Shown here in pieces: positions 49,216-63,522 of a stretch of 64,000 nt of DNA. The position numbers and the translations under genes are program-made. Source of the DNA: Owenia fusiformis (taxonomy: Eukaryota); NCBI GenBank assembly GCA_903813345.2, contig CAIIXF020000001.1, positions 24,614,001 through 24,678,000 of the forward strand, in the 5' to 3' direction. Numbering within the stretch: position 1 is the stretch's first letter; every line of letters begins with the position of its first letter. The notes under the pieces are model-generated. The model saw only the letters and a list, made by a program, of their open reading frames with translations, was not told the origin of the DNA and searched no databases.

Positions 49216-51887
49216 TTACTGTTTTCAAAATTGTGATACTAGATTCACAAGTCACGATTGAATTGTCCAGTATCAAACCTACTGTATCAACATTTCTCAG
49301 ATGAACAAAGTTATGACTGGGAGGGAGCGGGTCACAGATTAACTGTGCAAATACACAGACCTCTGCCAGATACCTCTTCTTGGTGTCTAGGCTCAATGAA
49401 TATACTCATACTTATTTATTCATTGAGCCTACTACATATACTGTATACGGGCTGAATCTGACTCGAGTTCTGTGTGCAAATACAGTTATTAATCCTACAT
49501 TGAACTTTTGAGATGCTCCCTTAGTGAGGTCGCTTTAGTCACTCTTCACTTCGTAGGTCAGTAGCCAGGGGTTCGGTTCGGTTCGGTTCGGAGTACAAAC
49601 CCCCTCCGCCTGGCCAGAAATTCATAAAAATTGATGATTTTGAAAAAAATTGGTGCAAGTTGAAAAAAATTGGTGCAAGTTGAAAAAATACCTTTTTGAC
49701 CGTGAGAAGTTCGTCGAAGCTGAAATCTCAAGTGTAAATTCAGATTTGAATATCCCAGATGCGAGTAGAAATAATCTTGATTTACGTCATCACGCCTGAC
49801 CATCGACAAGGTACAGTCACGTGATATTGACAAAATATACCGTAGTACACTTTTGATGTACTATGTCATTTCCGCCATTTTAGATCGTCATTTTCTAGAA
49901 TGAGGAAGCGAGGAAAGAACTAGCATTGATTTGATCAATATTGTGTCAGTTCATCATCAGGTAGTTGTTGCATTTGATTTGTAATTAAGTTGCAAATATG
50001 CATATCTACTTTAAATGATCCTCAGCAACTTCAATATCTTGTTATAGATCTACCCAGCACGTCAGGGATCTCTAAATCTTGACTGAATGATTTAAAGCAT
50101 ATATATTAATAAATACGCATTCGAACAATCCCGTATGTTTTGAAATTAGTATATGTGCTTTAAATCATATATTTTAATTTTTTTGATTAAATAATTCAAC
50201 TGATCTGCTCCGGTTACGTTCCCAGCTCCGGTTACGTTCCTAAGTAATATTTTTAAAACTTTTTTTTAATTAAACAAATCAGAGTCGTGTGAATCAGAAA
50301 TAACAGAATTATTCAAAAGTATAATATAAGGACTATTCTGTACTTTTTTCAAAAGTCTATACTTAAATGTTGTGAAAAGTTATAATCGAAAAACCATCTT
50401 TCGGAGTAAAGTCCGTCTGCGCCGATTTAAATAACTTCGTACTTGATCAGAACTGGGTTCCAACAGAATCCCTGCAAACTCATGAATGAAATAGTTATTG
50501 CATGGAATACTTACTTTTGTCAAAATCAAAATAGAACTCTAGTTAAAAAATATATTGTGCTAAATTATTGCCATTTCTTAGTAAAATGTCGTTCTCCGGT
50601 ACGTTGCCAAAATTATTCGATGGTACCCCGTGTTTGTATTTTGTAATATATTTTGAACATTTTGGCTTTTGGTATGTTTTCCCTATGTATTACACATGTA
50701 GCTTGTTAAGCTCTCATTTTAGTATTATATTCGGCTTCTTTTTCTTTCTGTTCTGTGTACCTTCTTAAAACATGAACAAAATCTTTCCAATTTTGAACAA
50801 CTATCAACTTATCAATTTAAAATGAAATAAAAAACTTGAATTTGAAATAACTCATATATTCAAATATGGGTTGTCTTAGCTTAACCCTTAAATGTATGTA
50901 CTCGTCCAAGACGGAATTGGAAGTTAATGTGTACCTTGTCATTAGTTCCGATTTTTCTAGAAGTCGGCGGGCGGGGATTAGATCCGTATCGAAATATTTG
51001 CAAAACTCAGAAGTTCACAACAATAGAATTACTACAGTTGCTTATTCAGTGTAGTATTTCTGCTGAATGAATAGGGATATTTGATTTTATTCTCTATATG
51101 TTAAGACTAAAGCGTCGGTACACACAGCATTGACAGAAGAAATCTCAAACTTAAATTGTTATGAATTTTAGTGCTGTTGTAGGTTTAATTTATAACCTAG
51201 CTAATGTGTTTGTTTGTTGTTTATATGTTATACAGCAGCTTGTAAAGTAGTCACCTTTGATCAACAGCGTTAAGTCCTTTGAGCCGAGCGACCCTCTGCT
51301 TGGGCAGGGTCTTTGTTTCAGTGTCCAGAACCTAACTGGCGAGCAACTTTCATATAGTACATCATCATCCTGAAATTGAATAAAATGTATCTTCGCGTGA
51401 ATCTGCACATTTCAATTTTTACAGATAAAAAAAGAAAGTATACATTTTTTGCACAATTAACTTTTCATGTGTTTTCGCTATTGTTTTTATTTAAATATTT
51501 CTTTAAAAAATCTTATGTGGACAAGTTTATGGAAAAACTGAGTCTGTAATCGTGGGCTAAACAATTCAATTTTTTAACTGTCGAATTTCTTCATTTGGAT
51601 ATATCTAAATTCTGGCCAATGTGTTATTTCTTGGTAGAGGGGGATTACAAGACACTTAGTGAATGCTGAGCATATTGACAAACTAATGAAACATTTACTT
51701 TGCCAATACCGCACCCTTAGCCCATACATTTAGGAAAACATGCGACATTGTTTACATTAGCTACTGGTTTACGTTTCATAATTACAACGATTTCCTCACT
51801 TGCATAAGGATCAGCGGTAGAAACTATGGCAATATTATTTAAGAACGAATGAGATTTAATACAAAAATGGATAGTATTTAGCTGTTA

Positions 51888-51948
51888 ATGAAAATGGAAT
51901 ATTTGTTCTTTATGTTGGCGTTACTTTGCGTGTCCAGAGGCGCAACAG
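51888..51948 (+). CDS. Candidate first coding exon encoding a signal peptide
   Basis: MKMEYLFFMLALLCVSRGAT + G, followed by donor CAG|GTAAAT (phase 1); in-frame upstream stop; no transcript evidence. Confidence 0.4.
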
Positions 51949-53657
51949 GTAAATACAAAGCAAACCTTTTCCTTTAGATATCGACTTTCCAAGAAAACTT
52001 AGAAAGCATGTTTTTATTCAAATATACTATATTAGCACCAGATTAGGGCTTTGGGGCTCAAACATATTCCCTAAACTTTCATATGGATACAATGATTTTC
52101 ATTTTTTATTTCCCGCACTCAATTTCTACTGCTTGTCGTCTATAACAATATTTCTATATTGTAATGTATTGTATTGCGTTTTTGTTATAGAATTTTATAA
52201 TTGTTATATTACAGTTTGCCGATAATTAACGTTTTATTTATTTCCTTAATCGAATCACCCTAGAATGCCCAGTCAATGGAAAGTAAAGATATGATAAATT
52301 TTATTTCCAATTTTATTTATCGCAAAGATATTGCAGATCTACTGGTCAAGGGGTCGAACAAATAAAAAATGCATGTACCGGGCAGTTAAATTCACGAATG
52401 TTTTCCTTTTCTGTCAACAATTTGAATATCTTAGAAAATCTTTATCATAAAATGACATAATATTCTCCTTACAAATCTAATAAAACATGTTTTAAGAATA
52501 AAAGTGGCTGGAATCAATTTTTATCTTTGACCCCCTGCCCCAGTAGACTACGGGTTAGTAGACTGACAATATCTCGGCGACAAAAAGTGCTAGAACAATC
52601 TAGTTCGCATCAATTGAAAGTGTTTTGATGTATATCCAAATGCTTCTAATAGGATGATAATTTTCAATCATTTCCGGCAAATGGTAAGCAAAGAAGTGCG
52701 AAATAATGTTTTCCATTGAAAAGTGGGTGTCGCCCACAATGTAATCCAATTGGACGGAAAGAATGGCCGACGGACCAGTTTTAACGTTATCCGATTTTGT
52801 TGAAAAAAATCAGTGAACTACCGGCACCATGTGTAACCCCATGTTAAAGGGCCGTTGTGATCTGAAAACATACTGAAAAATGAAACACCCTAGAATATAT
52901 ATCAATTTCTAACTGTATAAGTAGAATACATTCTTAATAACTAATTAATTAATTTTGATAACAAAATAGGTGGTTAACAATCGCAATTAATATTATGGGT
53001 GCTTTTAGAAAAAACTGACCCAGATGCGCACACGAGTATTTTGGTCATGCATAACTGTATACAATTTTATATTCATTACATGTCAGTCTTTCTATTATAA
53101 CTACCAAACAAGAGTGGGGGTTTTGTTTTTACTTAACCACCTTATATAAAAATCAATCAAGCTTCTCAGTTTTTGACACAAGGACTTTCCAATGCAAAAG
53201 TAACAGTCACGCGTCCTACCTGAGCCGCAGGGAAAGTAAAACTGTGCGTGTATGGTATATGCATAACTTAGAAATTCTGGAAAAATTATTTTCTCCAAAG
53301 TCTTTTTTATCCAGGTTATTTCTCAAAACAGAGAAAAAAAATATTATGTTAGTGTTCACAACTCCCATCAATTGTTCTACCAATTTCAGAATACAATTTT
53401 ATCATAAGACATTTCGATGCAAATTGTTTTAAAGATCTATTCTCGGGTTGGAGTTAATCATTTTATTAATTACACGTTACGCCTGCGTTGGACAATTTTG
53501 ATATTTTTACATTCTGTAGATTTAAATGGCTCTTTTGAATTTTCATCATTTAATTTGGGTGATATTTCTATTTTTTCATAAAAAATGATTAGCATATGAG
53601 ACTGTTCTCCAAACCAAGACATGTCCTTTAAATTACAAATTACTGTTTGCATCGTAA

Positions 53658-54378
53658 CACAGCAAAAAATGTGAATCAAACCACTGAATCCTGGAGTCAG
53701 GATTCATACAGGATTCATATGCACATATGAATCCTGTATGAATCCTGCCTCCAGGATTCATACAGGATTCGCTGTTTAAATAGTTTACAAATGAATCCTG
53801 CCTTCAGGAATCATACAGGATTCATATGCAATATAGTTTACAAATGAATCCAGCCTTCAGGATTCGTACAGGATTCATATAGAAGGTAGTTTGCAAATGA
53901 ATCCTGCCTTCAGGAATCATACAGGATTCATATGCAATATAGTTTACAAATGAATCCAGCCTTCGGGATTCGTACAGGATTCATATAGAAGGTAGTTTGC
54001 AAATGAATCCTGCCTTCAGGAATCATACAGGATTCATATGCAATATAGTTTACAAATGAATCCAGCCTTCAGGATTCGTACAGGATTCATATAGAAGGTA
54101 GTTTGCAAATGAATCCTGCCTTCAGGAATCATACAGGATTCATATGCAATATAGTTTACAAATGAATCCAGCCTTCAGGATTCGTACAGGATTCATATAG
54201 AAGGTAGTTTGCAAATGAATCCTGCCTTCAGGAATCATACAGGATTCATATGCAATATAGTTTACAAATGAATCCAGCCTCCAGGAATCATACAGGATTC
54301 ATATGCAATATAGTTTACAAATGAATCCTGCCTTCCTGAAGGCAGGATTCATTTGCAAACTACCTTCTATATGAATCC
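53658..54378 (+). mobile_element. CACTA/EnSpm-like terminus with a 53-bp palindromic satellite (106-bp dimer)
   Basis: Starts CACAGCAAAAAATG; ATGAATCC recurs at 53791, 53844, 53897, 53950...; two monomer variants alternate. Confidence 0.75.
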
Positions 54379-54385
54379 TTACATC

Positions 54386-54800
54386 GTACGTATCTGGATT
54401 TCGTTCATAATTGATTAATCTGTTAATGCGTTCCTCTAAGTAAATGAAACAATCATCACATCGTGTTTATAAGTGTAATTCAAGGGCGTATAATCTAACA
54501 TGTCTAATGCTACTCATTTCATGGTATTACTTTCCGATCATTTGATAAAATAGAATACAATCAACATGTGGAAATCACGGATGACGGGAAAAACAATATT
54601 GTATAAATAGAATATATTTTAATAAGAGATTCGTAATGTAAGAGATTCGATATTTAACAGATATTTAGAATGAATTGCGACATTATATTCCAAATTCATG
54701 AATAAACTGTACGTATCTGGATTTCGTTCATAATTGTTTAATGGTTCCTCATAGATAGTAATAAAGTCATCACATCGTGTTCATTAGTGTTAATTCGAGG
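54386..54800. repeat. ~100-bp diverged direct repeat
   Basis: GTACGTATCTGGATTTCGTTCATAATTG...CATCACATCGTGTT at ~54386 and ~54709. Confidence 0.75.
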
Positions 54801-55669
54801 TTGGATAATGTTTTTATAATATGATGTTATAATTTTACATTTTATTTGTGTGTCTGAGTGAGGCTAAATTGAAAGTAAAACCTGTATAATCAGACGGGCA
54901 AATCACGATGAGGACAAATAATTATTTAAATTAGTAAGATAAGTCTGTACATGTAGATTGTTCGTTGAAGTTGGACCGTCGGTGACTTTTATTCCTAGAT
55001 TTCGTATCCCTCTCAAACAAATAAGTCAAAGCCAAATATAGTTGAACTGTTTTCGGGATTATTATTCATTTGTTGTAATACAGATTGACTTATAGACTGA
55101 TATTGTAATGGGTTGTGCTTGGGATTCACAGAATTATTCTATGATAGTCTCAGGATATATTGAAATGCGGATGTTTACATTAAAGATCTTGCTTTCAAAC
55201 AAAAATATTGAAGTACTAAGATCGGATATTAGCGTACCCCAGTGGAAAAGAATCAAAAGATATTCCAATTTAACGCACTGCACAATAATTTGTCATTTTG
55301 GAAATTCGTCAATATGACCTTACCATTTTGATCTTAATAATTTAAAATTTAAACAAGCGCTACCCCCCCCCCCCAGAACTAGCCTTCCCGGTAAAGCCAA
55401 TACGACAGATATCTAAGGAAAGTTTCATTTTTATTCTTGATTTCTCTGACTCGGAATAGTTGAAATGATAAACATAAATTGCAATTATTATTACTTTGCT
55501 CTTTCATTTTGCTCAGTCATGATCAACGCCTTCCTTAAATTTTCTGTCAGATCATCGATCCCAGACTTCAGCAAATATTCCAATCATATTTTGCGTTTTA
55601 TCGTCTTTCCCAAAAGCTATACGAATATGGTACTACAACTACTTAATGACAGTGGTTTATCGTTATTTT

Positions 55670-56065
55670 TGCAAATATGGATGTTTACACTGCTTGAATC
55701 TTATTCTAGGAAGTTTTATAGAGACGGGACTTCCTTTTCACAATGCAATTATATCTGTTTTGTAGGTTCCCGTGGGTAAGATACACACAAGAACAATACG
55801 GCCCATCCAAAAGGGACAGATCCGTCAGTGGCGTTCTTCAAATTATAGCCCGTGGAGATATAGTTTATTAATCTTGCCTCAAGTGACGTGTTAAATCCCA
55901 TATTGGGTTTGAGAAAGGGCCCGTATACACAGCCCGATACACAGTTGCTCGATACAAGTGCAAACTATAAAATAACCATAATATAACAATTATAGATAAA
56001 TGTTTGGCATGCATTGTTTCTGTTTAATTGTTAAATTATTTGATAACTTATAATAAGCAGATAAG
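55670..56065 (+). repeat. Segment with an inverted paralog at ~61965-62485
   Basis: Shared in inverted order: AGACGGGACTTCC, TCTGTTTTG(T/C)AGGT, TTATAGCCC, ATCTTGCCTCAAGT, CACAGTTGCT.GAT.CAAG, AAATAACCATA, TTTGGCATGCATT. Confidence 0.8.
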
Positions 56066-58924
56066 TTGCTTTTCAGGTATTAAGCGGCGATTAAGGACTG
56101 AAAACCAGCGTCACACATTTCTTCGGATATTCCTCCATAAGCAGATATACCTGTTTGCATGTTTTAATTTTGATTTGATTTGATTGTTTGAATTAGATAA
56201 AGTCTTTAAAATGTTACTAGTGTTTGGGGGGGGCTGAGATTTCATGTAGGAATTAAAATTAGAATAAGATTTAAATACGATCTGTTTTGTTTGCATCGTT
56301 GTATAACGTTGATAAAACACAAAGGGCAGCATTGGAATTACAAAATTGTGCGATTCCCTACCTCCCAAAATTATTCAAAATTATATTTCTGTCATTCTGA
56401 TTTCCGTGTCGGGACATTCTGATCTATTAGAGTCTCACTTTATCTAACGCTTTGGTATTCCAAAGGATTGTACTTGCCCGGGAGTACTTGCTGTATATCA
56501 CGTCGGGAGATTAAACCTCCTGGATTAAACCAGTGAATGTTCCGATCGTCGTAACATTCGATACACCGAGAGATTTCCCAGATTCATACATGCATACTGT
56601 ATATTCAGCAGGAATTTTACATACTTTATCATTCCCTTCTTAATATATCGTATAATATTTGTATTCTGTTTCACAGATTCCCCTTGAAATACAAGGTAGA
56701 CTAGATGCGAGTAGAAATAATTTTGATTTACGTCATTAAATATTCAAAATTCAGTCAAAGTGATGTCATAATTTGAAATCTACATGAAAAAGTACATCTA
56801 AAAATACGGTTTCGAAAATTGTTTATCAAATTTGAAAATTACGACAACACGGGCAATATATGGCAGGTTAAATGAGTCGTCAAGATTATAACACGCCGGT
56901 CTTTATGTTACAGTTGATGAAAGTACAATGTCAAAATCTCATGATGATTTCTTCCGACCTGTGTTTACTGACAAGAGAGGGGTGCGCAGTTGTTGAAGCG
57001 AGTATAAACTAAGAAAAATCCAAAGTCCGATAATTAATTAATTGGCATGGATCTGCTAATTGTTTTCGTTATTGTTACTTGTTCTATCTAGACGGTTTTA
57101 TCTGCATCGATATGGCTGATTATAAGGCATGAACATTTTTCCCAGTTGTGTTAATTGTTATTCTTTAATAAGCGGATTTATATGTTTGAAATATTTATTA
57201 TCCATTTTTCATTTTGATATACTTTTCAAAGGACTTTTTGTTCTATCTATGTGTTTTGTCTATACTAATCTTTAACAGGAGTTAGCTTATTCCATATAGC
57301 CTACAATTGATTTTAATTCATAAAGTTTGCTGATAATTGACTTAAGTATGGTAAAGCTCTCGAAGAGAGCATGTGCATGATCGCCAATAAAATTGCATTC
57401 TTTGTTTTGTTTTGACAGTTAGTTTAGAACTTTAGCCACGCGAAGTATACACGCAAACGCTTGTGTACTTTTGAAACATTAACTTGCAAGGCTCAAAGTC
57501 ATTTCCATCTCCTCCGGTGTTATTTCTGTGGTAGAGGTTTTTCAAAAATAATTTAAAACTTTTGAGACCTTTGGGGTATAGGATATACGATCAAATCACA
57601 TGTCCTTCTATTTTTAGTTTTTTTCCTGAGGGATAAGAAAATAAAAATCAAACATAGAGAGGCAAAGACGTAAAAATGTGGGGAAGTTATTTAATTTATG
57701 CTTTTCTATGAATATAATTGCGACCTCCATGACATTTGACAAAGTCAGACCCCTAGTCAGAGAAGGGGGTGGGGGGGTTCAAGAACGCCTTTCTCCAAAA
57801 TTTATTTAAAATCGTGCAGTTTTTCATCATTCTGAGCTTTTTTTTAAACTTAAGTGATGACCAATTTTGTTTAATGTGAACCCCCTGCCCCCATCACTCT
57901 GGAAGTGATCATGATACACTCAATCCACAAGGTGGGTCTAAAGATGAAAACCTAGACGATCTCTGTAATCAAAGGCTAAGACGATATTTTCTATAATCAG
58001 AGTCCTAGACGACTTCTGCTGCAATCAGAGTCCTGGATGATGTTCAGACTTTTCTGTAATCAAAGTAGCCAAACATCCGCAGAGCACGGAAATTGATGGA
58101 TAAGTGAATGGTCTTTTGTTTGTTTTCTTAACTATTGTAAGGAATAAAATTAAGATTTAAATGTTCACCCCCCCCCCCTCCTCCGTTTAATTTCGATTCA
58201 AACAAAATCAAACGGGAATGATTATCTTACAAGGTACGCTGAGACTTAAGACAATAAAAGACGATAATTAACCTGATTGGATCCTGTGTCTTATTAGCGT
58301 CTGTTATTTATTACTGTTGACCAGTACCAGGCTGATTGCGTATTGATAATCAAACCGGTCGTGGGATGCAATGATATATCTAAATTTATCCCATGATACT
58401 ACTTCCCGATGAATAACACCTTGGAATATTTTTGATTTTGAAAGAAAATCGTATTGTCCCGCCAAATCCCGCTCACGAAAATGATATACTCCCATTTGAA
58501 AATTAAGAGATTTTGAGACGTAAGGAGTATGAAGCCGCCTATTAAGCATAGTGTAATTGTAATTTCATGCTCTGACATAGCATACCAGTGTATTCCTTCA
58601 GTCATACAATATTGTAATACCTTGATGGATCAAGATGCTTATAAGACAGTTAAAGTCGTAGAAACCTTAGCAATAGCGAATGTGTTTGGTCCCTCTAATA
58701 TTAATATAATATGAATATTGTTACAATATAACTGTATTGAATTTTTCTATGTTGATGTGTTTATGTTATATATCTACAATAAAATTTTTATATTTCAAAA
58801 TTCCATACAGCTAAGTCACCGGACATTTTGTAGACTAATAATATAACAGACTTCTGGTTTTGTTCCATACACAATTTAGATAAGGATTGTGAACTTTAGA
58901 TTTTATGATGTTTATTTTTTACAG

Positions 58925-59100
58925 GTTGTTTCCATTAACGGGGTGATACAGGCATGTGAAGTGTTTGGCTATGCATGGACCTCAAGGATGACACGGGGTG
59001 GAAGAGGGGCAAGGGTTGGTGCAAGTCCCGGGGTGCAAGTCTGCACTCCCAGACTCCAGATAGGAGTGAAACGCATCATGGGATTAAATGCATTCGTTGA
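58925..59100 (+). pseudogene. C-type-lectin-like pseudo-exon
   Basis: Acceptor TTTATTTTTTACAG. Across frames: C/PLTG*YRHVKCLAM then WKRGKGWCKSRGASL (58999-59043), with the spacing of the CTLD motif W-x-x-A-x-x-x-C-x-x-x-G-A-x-L. Needs frameshifts and a TGA read as Trp. Confidence 0.4.
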
Positions 59101-59649
59101 AGTTTACAGAAACAGTTGAATATAATTCAGAATTTAAGTGAATCCACATGATCATTTGCGTTCAACAATGCGTTTATAGAGAGGTTTCGCAAGTTTTTGG
59201 CTCAATGTGTTGTGTTCACCAGATTTATTACCCTTTACATTCGACTTCACTTCTTAATTAAAAGAGAGCTTCATCTTCTGTAGTTTATTTCTAGGCCTCT
59301 GCGCGTAGGGTACAGCACTTAAACGAGTTGAGGTTAATCCATTGTGCGAAACCTCTCTAATACCAGAGGGGTTATTCATCAAGCTAAATGACCCCTCGAG
59401 GCGATATATGTGTTATGTTACAGTTACATGTTACAGTTACATGTTAAATTGTTAAGACTTGAAAGTTAATAATTAAGTTTTTTTGCGTTATCTTTCAGAT
59501 ACTTATAATTAGTACACGTTGCTCTCTATGTTGGCGGTGATGACACGTTCTGCTTTCTTTTCAAGAAGCTGCAGTCTAATCTTTAAATGTTACATTCATA
59601 ATTTAAAAAAAGCTTTGTTTTGATTTATTATTTAAAAAAATATTGTGGC

Positions 59650-59741
59650 TTGCTAATCGCACCCCCACCCCATTCTGACTGAAAATCGAATTTTTAAGGG
59701 GCAATCGCATCCCCCCTGACTGAAAGTTGACTACGCCCCTG
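59650..59741. mobile_element. CAGGGGCGTAGCCAG-type MITE, partial copy 3
   Basis: AATCGCACCCCC...CCCCCTGACTGAAAGTTGACTACGCCCCTG. Confidence 0.65.
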
Positions 59742-61474
59742 TGTTTCCCTTTGTCCCCTTTCATTTATCTTCTGTAAACTTGTTTGAACAAATTAATACT
59801 AGTACTACAAAGATAACTTCATTCGAAACGCATGCAATTCACTCCAATATTATATTTATTCATGTATTTGCATTAGTGAGGGAAAGGGATTTGATTATAA
59901 AATTGACGGTGGTTGCGAAGTTGTGATTTGGGAGGGAGGGGTATACTATACTAAGGTGTTATAAGACCCAATAATTAATATAAACAACTGAGCGCCTTCC
60001 TGATTGCATCCCAGCTCATCCTGTCCGCCAGTCTATCTCGATCGCATTTGATCAATGAATTCCTGATTAAACTGACTCTTGATTTTAAAATAGGAATTCT
60101 AAATCTGTACTAGGATTTAAAAGTTGGTGTCTATTATGATACTGGAAATTGGAATACTATATTTTGTATTACTATTCTATCTCGATCTATAGTATATAAA
60201 TATGAATTTCTAGGTCTACAGTCCCACATGGGCTTCATTGAAACATACGACAAAGTTTATCCATTTCAAACAAGCCAGGAAAACAGATAACTAGTCTTGC
60301 ATCAGGCCCCGCAAATGTCCAATTTTCTCTCGGGAAATACATAAATATCAGAGACATATTTCATAGCCAGAGGCCAAAAATGTCAAAATCGATATAAAAT
60401 CTAAAAAGGATAAAATGTCCCCTCGAATACGGTACCTAGGTAATTAAATCTAATATTTCATAGTTCCCGCATAATAAGCATAAAACTTTCATTTACCGCT
60501 GTATCGAAATTCACGTGATCCCTTATTGAAGTTTTACTAAATAATTGAGTTTGATCATTTAATGCTGTTGGATAGAATATTAGGCTGAAAAGAATCAAAA
60601 TTTTAGCCCATGTCTAAGCGAATGGTATAAATTCACATAGTTCTGATTACAATGAGAATGCTAAAAAAAAATCCTGGCATTTCCTTTACTCTACGTTTAT
60701 AATCACGTATCATGCTTATTAACTAGATCAATACAGACTCGATTTCCTTTGCCCACCTTCAACATTGTTATGTAATGACGGGAAACAGTCACTGTAATCT
60801 TCTAATCAGCCGTTTGTTTTTATTGTAATTAGGAAACTAATCAATTTTGATTTCGTATTGTTTCAATGAACAAAAAGCACATTAGTTCAGCATTTCAAGG
60901 AAGGGGGGGGGGGGTGTAAACAATTACTGACTGTCAAGTACATGTATCTCTCACGAGGCCCTATTTCCACAACCCTCCACTCATGCATACGCCTATCATA
61001 TAATGGATAGGGAAATATATAACATTCCAACAGATACTGTCTTGACCTCCTACCCTTTTACACCGGGTCTCTTCTTGAACCCCTCCCATATTCTAATGTT
61101 TCTCGAAACTGCTCATGTTAACTTTGTAAGGCAATGAAGGGTTTGCTACGGGTGTGACTTGCAATGTATAACTTACTTGTACTTGTATAAGAAATAAAAA
61201 CAAATAAACAAACATAAAAACTTGTGCTCATAATTAATACGGTGATAAGCAACAAAAGGTTAAAATAAAAAATTTCAAAAACAGCCATGCACTACCCTGC
61301 ATTTTAGCTGAAATTAAGTTTATTCCAAATAACTTATGTAACGAAATGGAAATGATTCGAAAAATAACAATTCGATGAACATTTCACAATGAAGCAAACA
61401 AAACCAGATAGTAAAGAATTATTCTAATTTAAACCGACGTGAATCCTCAACCCTAAAGAGTTTTCGTTTTCGGT

Positions 61475-61694
61475 CAGGGGGGGGTGCGATTTTGCCATAA
61501 GCAACACAAAAAATTAAGTTTTCTTTTGAATTTTACAAAAATTGATGCAACTTCCTTCAAAATTGAGCTAGAAGCTTCAAATAAAAAGCATTTTAAAGCT
61601 CTTTTCTACCTCTATCCAATGGTCATATTTTCAAAGGTTATGGGGGGGGGGGGGTGCGATCGCACCCATCGCACCCCCCCTGGCTACGCCCATG
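61475..61694. mobile_element. CAGGGGCGTAGCCAG-type MITE, copy 4 (inverted)
   Basis: TGAGCTAGAAGCTTCAAATAAAAAGCATTTTAAAGCTC...CCTGGCTACGCCCATG. Confidence 0.7.
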
Positions 61695-63522
61695 CTGGTG
61701 ACATTTGAAAGACTAATTTCTTAATCTAATTTCAACAAAACAAATCAAAACCTAAACAGGTTGACGGTCGTTGTAGATTATAGACCATGCTAACAAAGTT
61801 TAAACATTTTATTTACGGCTTATTTAAAACATGCAAACGGGTGTATTTACTGAAGGAATATGTTAGGAAATATATTTAAAGTGTATTCATGCCTGCAATC
61901 ATCGCTGGTCACACCTGAAAAACAACTTCTTAAAATACAAACATAATTCACTGCACTGCTGTATACGTCTACCTGCTCTCAAATCTAATAATGAAACGAA
62001 AAAAAATAATGCATGCCAAACTTTTATCTATTGTAATATTATCTATGGTTATTTCAAAGTTTTACTCTTGCATCAAGCAACTGTGCCATTTCCCCAACAG
62101 TCCTGTCTTTAAGGACTAACACTTTACTTGAGGCAAGATGCATAAACTTGAACTCCCTGGGCTATAACTCAATTGTCACTGCTTGTGTGTCATACTCATT
62201 GGCACCTGCAAAACAGAATAATATAATAAGAATAACATCATGATGATATCAGATATCATATTTCATTTGGAGCCTTAAATATTAAACAAGGCATCAACAT
62301 GAAAAATGTCACCACCCGCCATTTGTTACAGACGCTGAACGCCGACCCCAGACGCTAAACACCGTACATAAAAAAGTTGGAGACTTTAACAATATGTGAC
62401 CACTTTTGGTGGTGACATAAAAAGGGGAAGTCCCGTCTTAATAAAACTCCTGATTTCCAGTTTTTTGTAAACATACACCATTGCATGTTGATGGTTCGCA
62501 TGACCTGCAGGTCACGATGACAAATGAATGTTACGTTGTCAATAGAATGTAGGCTAACTAACTTTCACGTAAGGTAGATTCCCCGGGTAGATTCGCGAGA
62601 TTCGTGATTATTCCCCCGGGATTAGGCTATTCCAAAGCAAACACCAAAGATACCAAATCGAACTCCCAATGAATTATTGATCGTATCTATCCTAGGGCCT
62701 ATCATTTCAATGTAATTTAAAGGCTTACAGGGGTGCTTCAAAATCATCCCTGCGGCCCAAGAGTAATTCATTGCATTGTGACATTCATGAGCTGCTATGA
62801 AAGCAGTGAAGGACCGATCTTGAAGGATGCTTCAAAATCGGGTTCAAATTGTAATATTGAGGCCTACTAATCTTTCATAACACGTGACGCATTCTATATT
62901 AGCATTAAGAAATGAGAAATGGGCGTAGGAGCGGAGTAAGAGACCCAGGATAAGAAGAACCATTGGGCAAGATGGCCCACCAAGTTTGTTTATCATCAAA
63001 TATACATCGCCTGATATTATCTCCTGACAGGGACAGCATCGATCTCAATGGCCATTGCACTTTGTTTCATTTAGGCGGCACCTTCTCCAAGAAACTCTTT
63101 TAACGGCACCACTTCTGTAAGTCTGTGGTAAAAAACCTCCCGTCCGAAGAAGTTATCTTACAGAACGGCCCCTTTTGACCCTCGGGGGCCCTTCTTGCCC
63201 TGCCATGGCCACACAAAACCATTTCCAGTAGTGACATTTGCGAGTTAATACCAATAAGAATAAAACGGACCGAATAAAACCAATGTCCTTTTTTCAATAA
63301 ACATGGCTACATGTATATTTAAAGTTTATATACCCATTCGGGGAAGACAATATAAATAAAACAATGTATTTTAAATTAGCACACAGAACAACTTTTAAAT
63401 AATTACACATTTTTATTAAATTTTTCGAATTCATTTGGTACGCCTGTGCGCATTTGGCGCAATATATGCGATACGCCAATGTGAGTGTTAGAATAGAAAC
63501 ATACACATCAATTCCAATTTTC

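Noticed and set aside
55766-56694. Micro-exons (10 nt at 55766, 19 nt at 56676) that would phase-link the signal exon to 58925
   Set aside because: Such sites arise by chance, the donor is not kept in the inverted paralog, and the product lacks a recognisable domain.
58304-58714. Overlapping short ORFs
   Set aside because: They partly overlie a copy of the 20.5-kb repeat end and show no protein motif.
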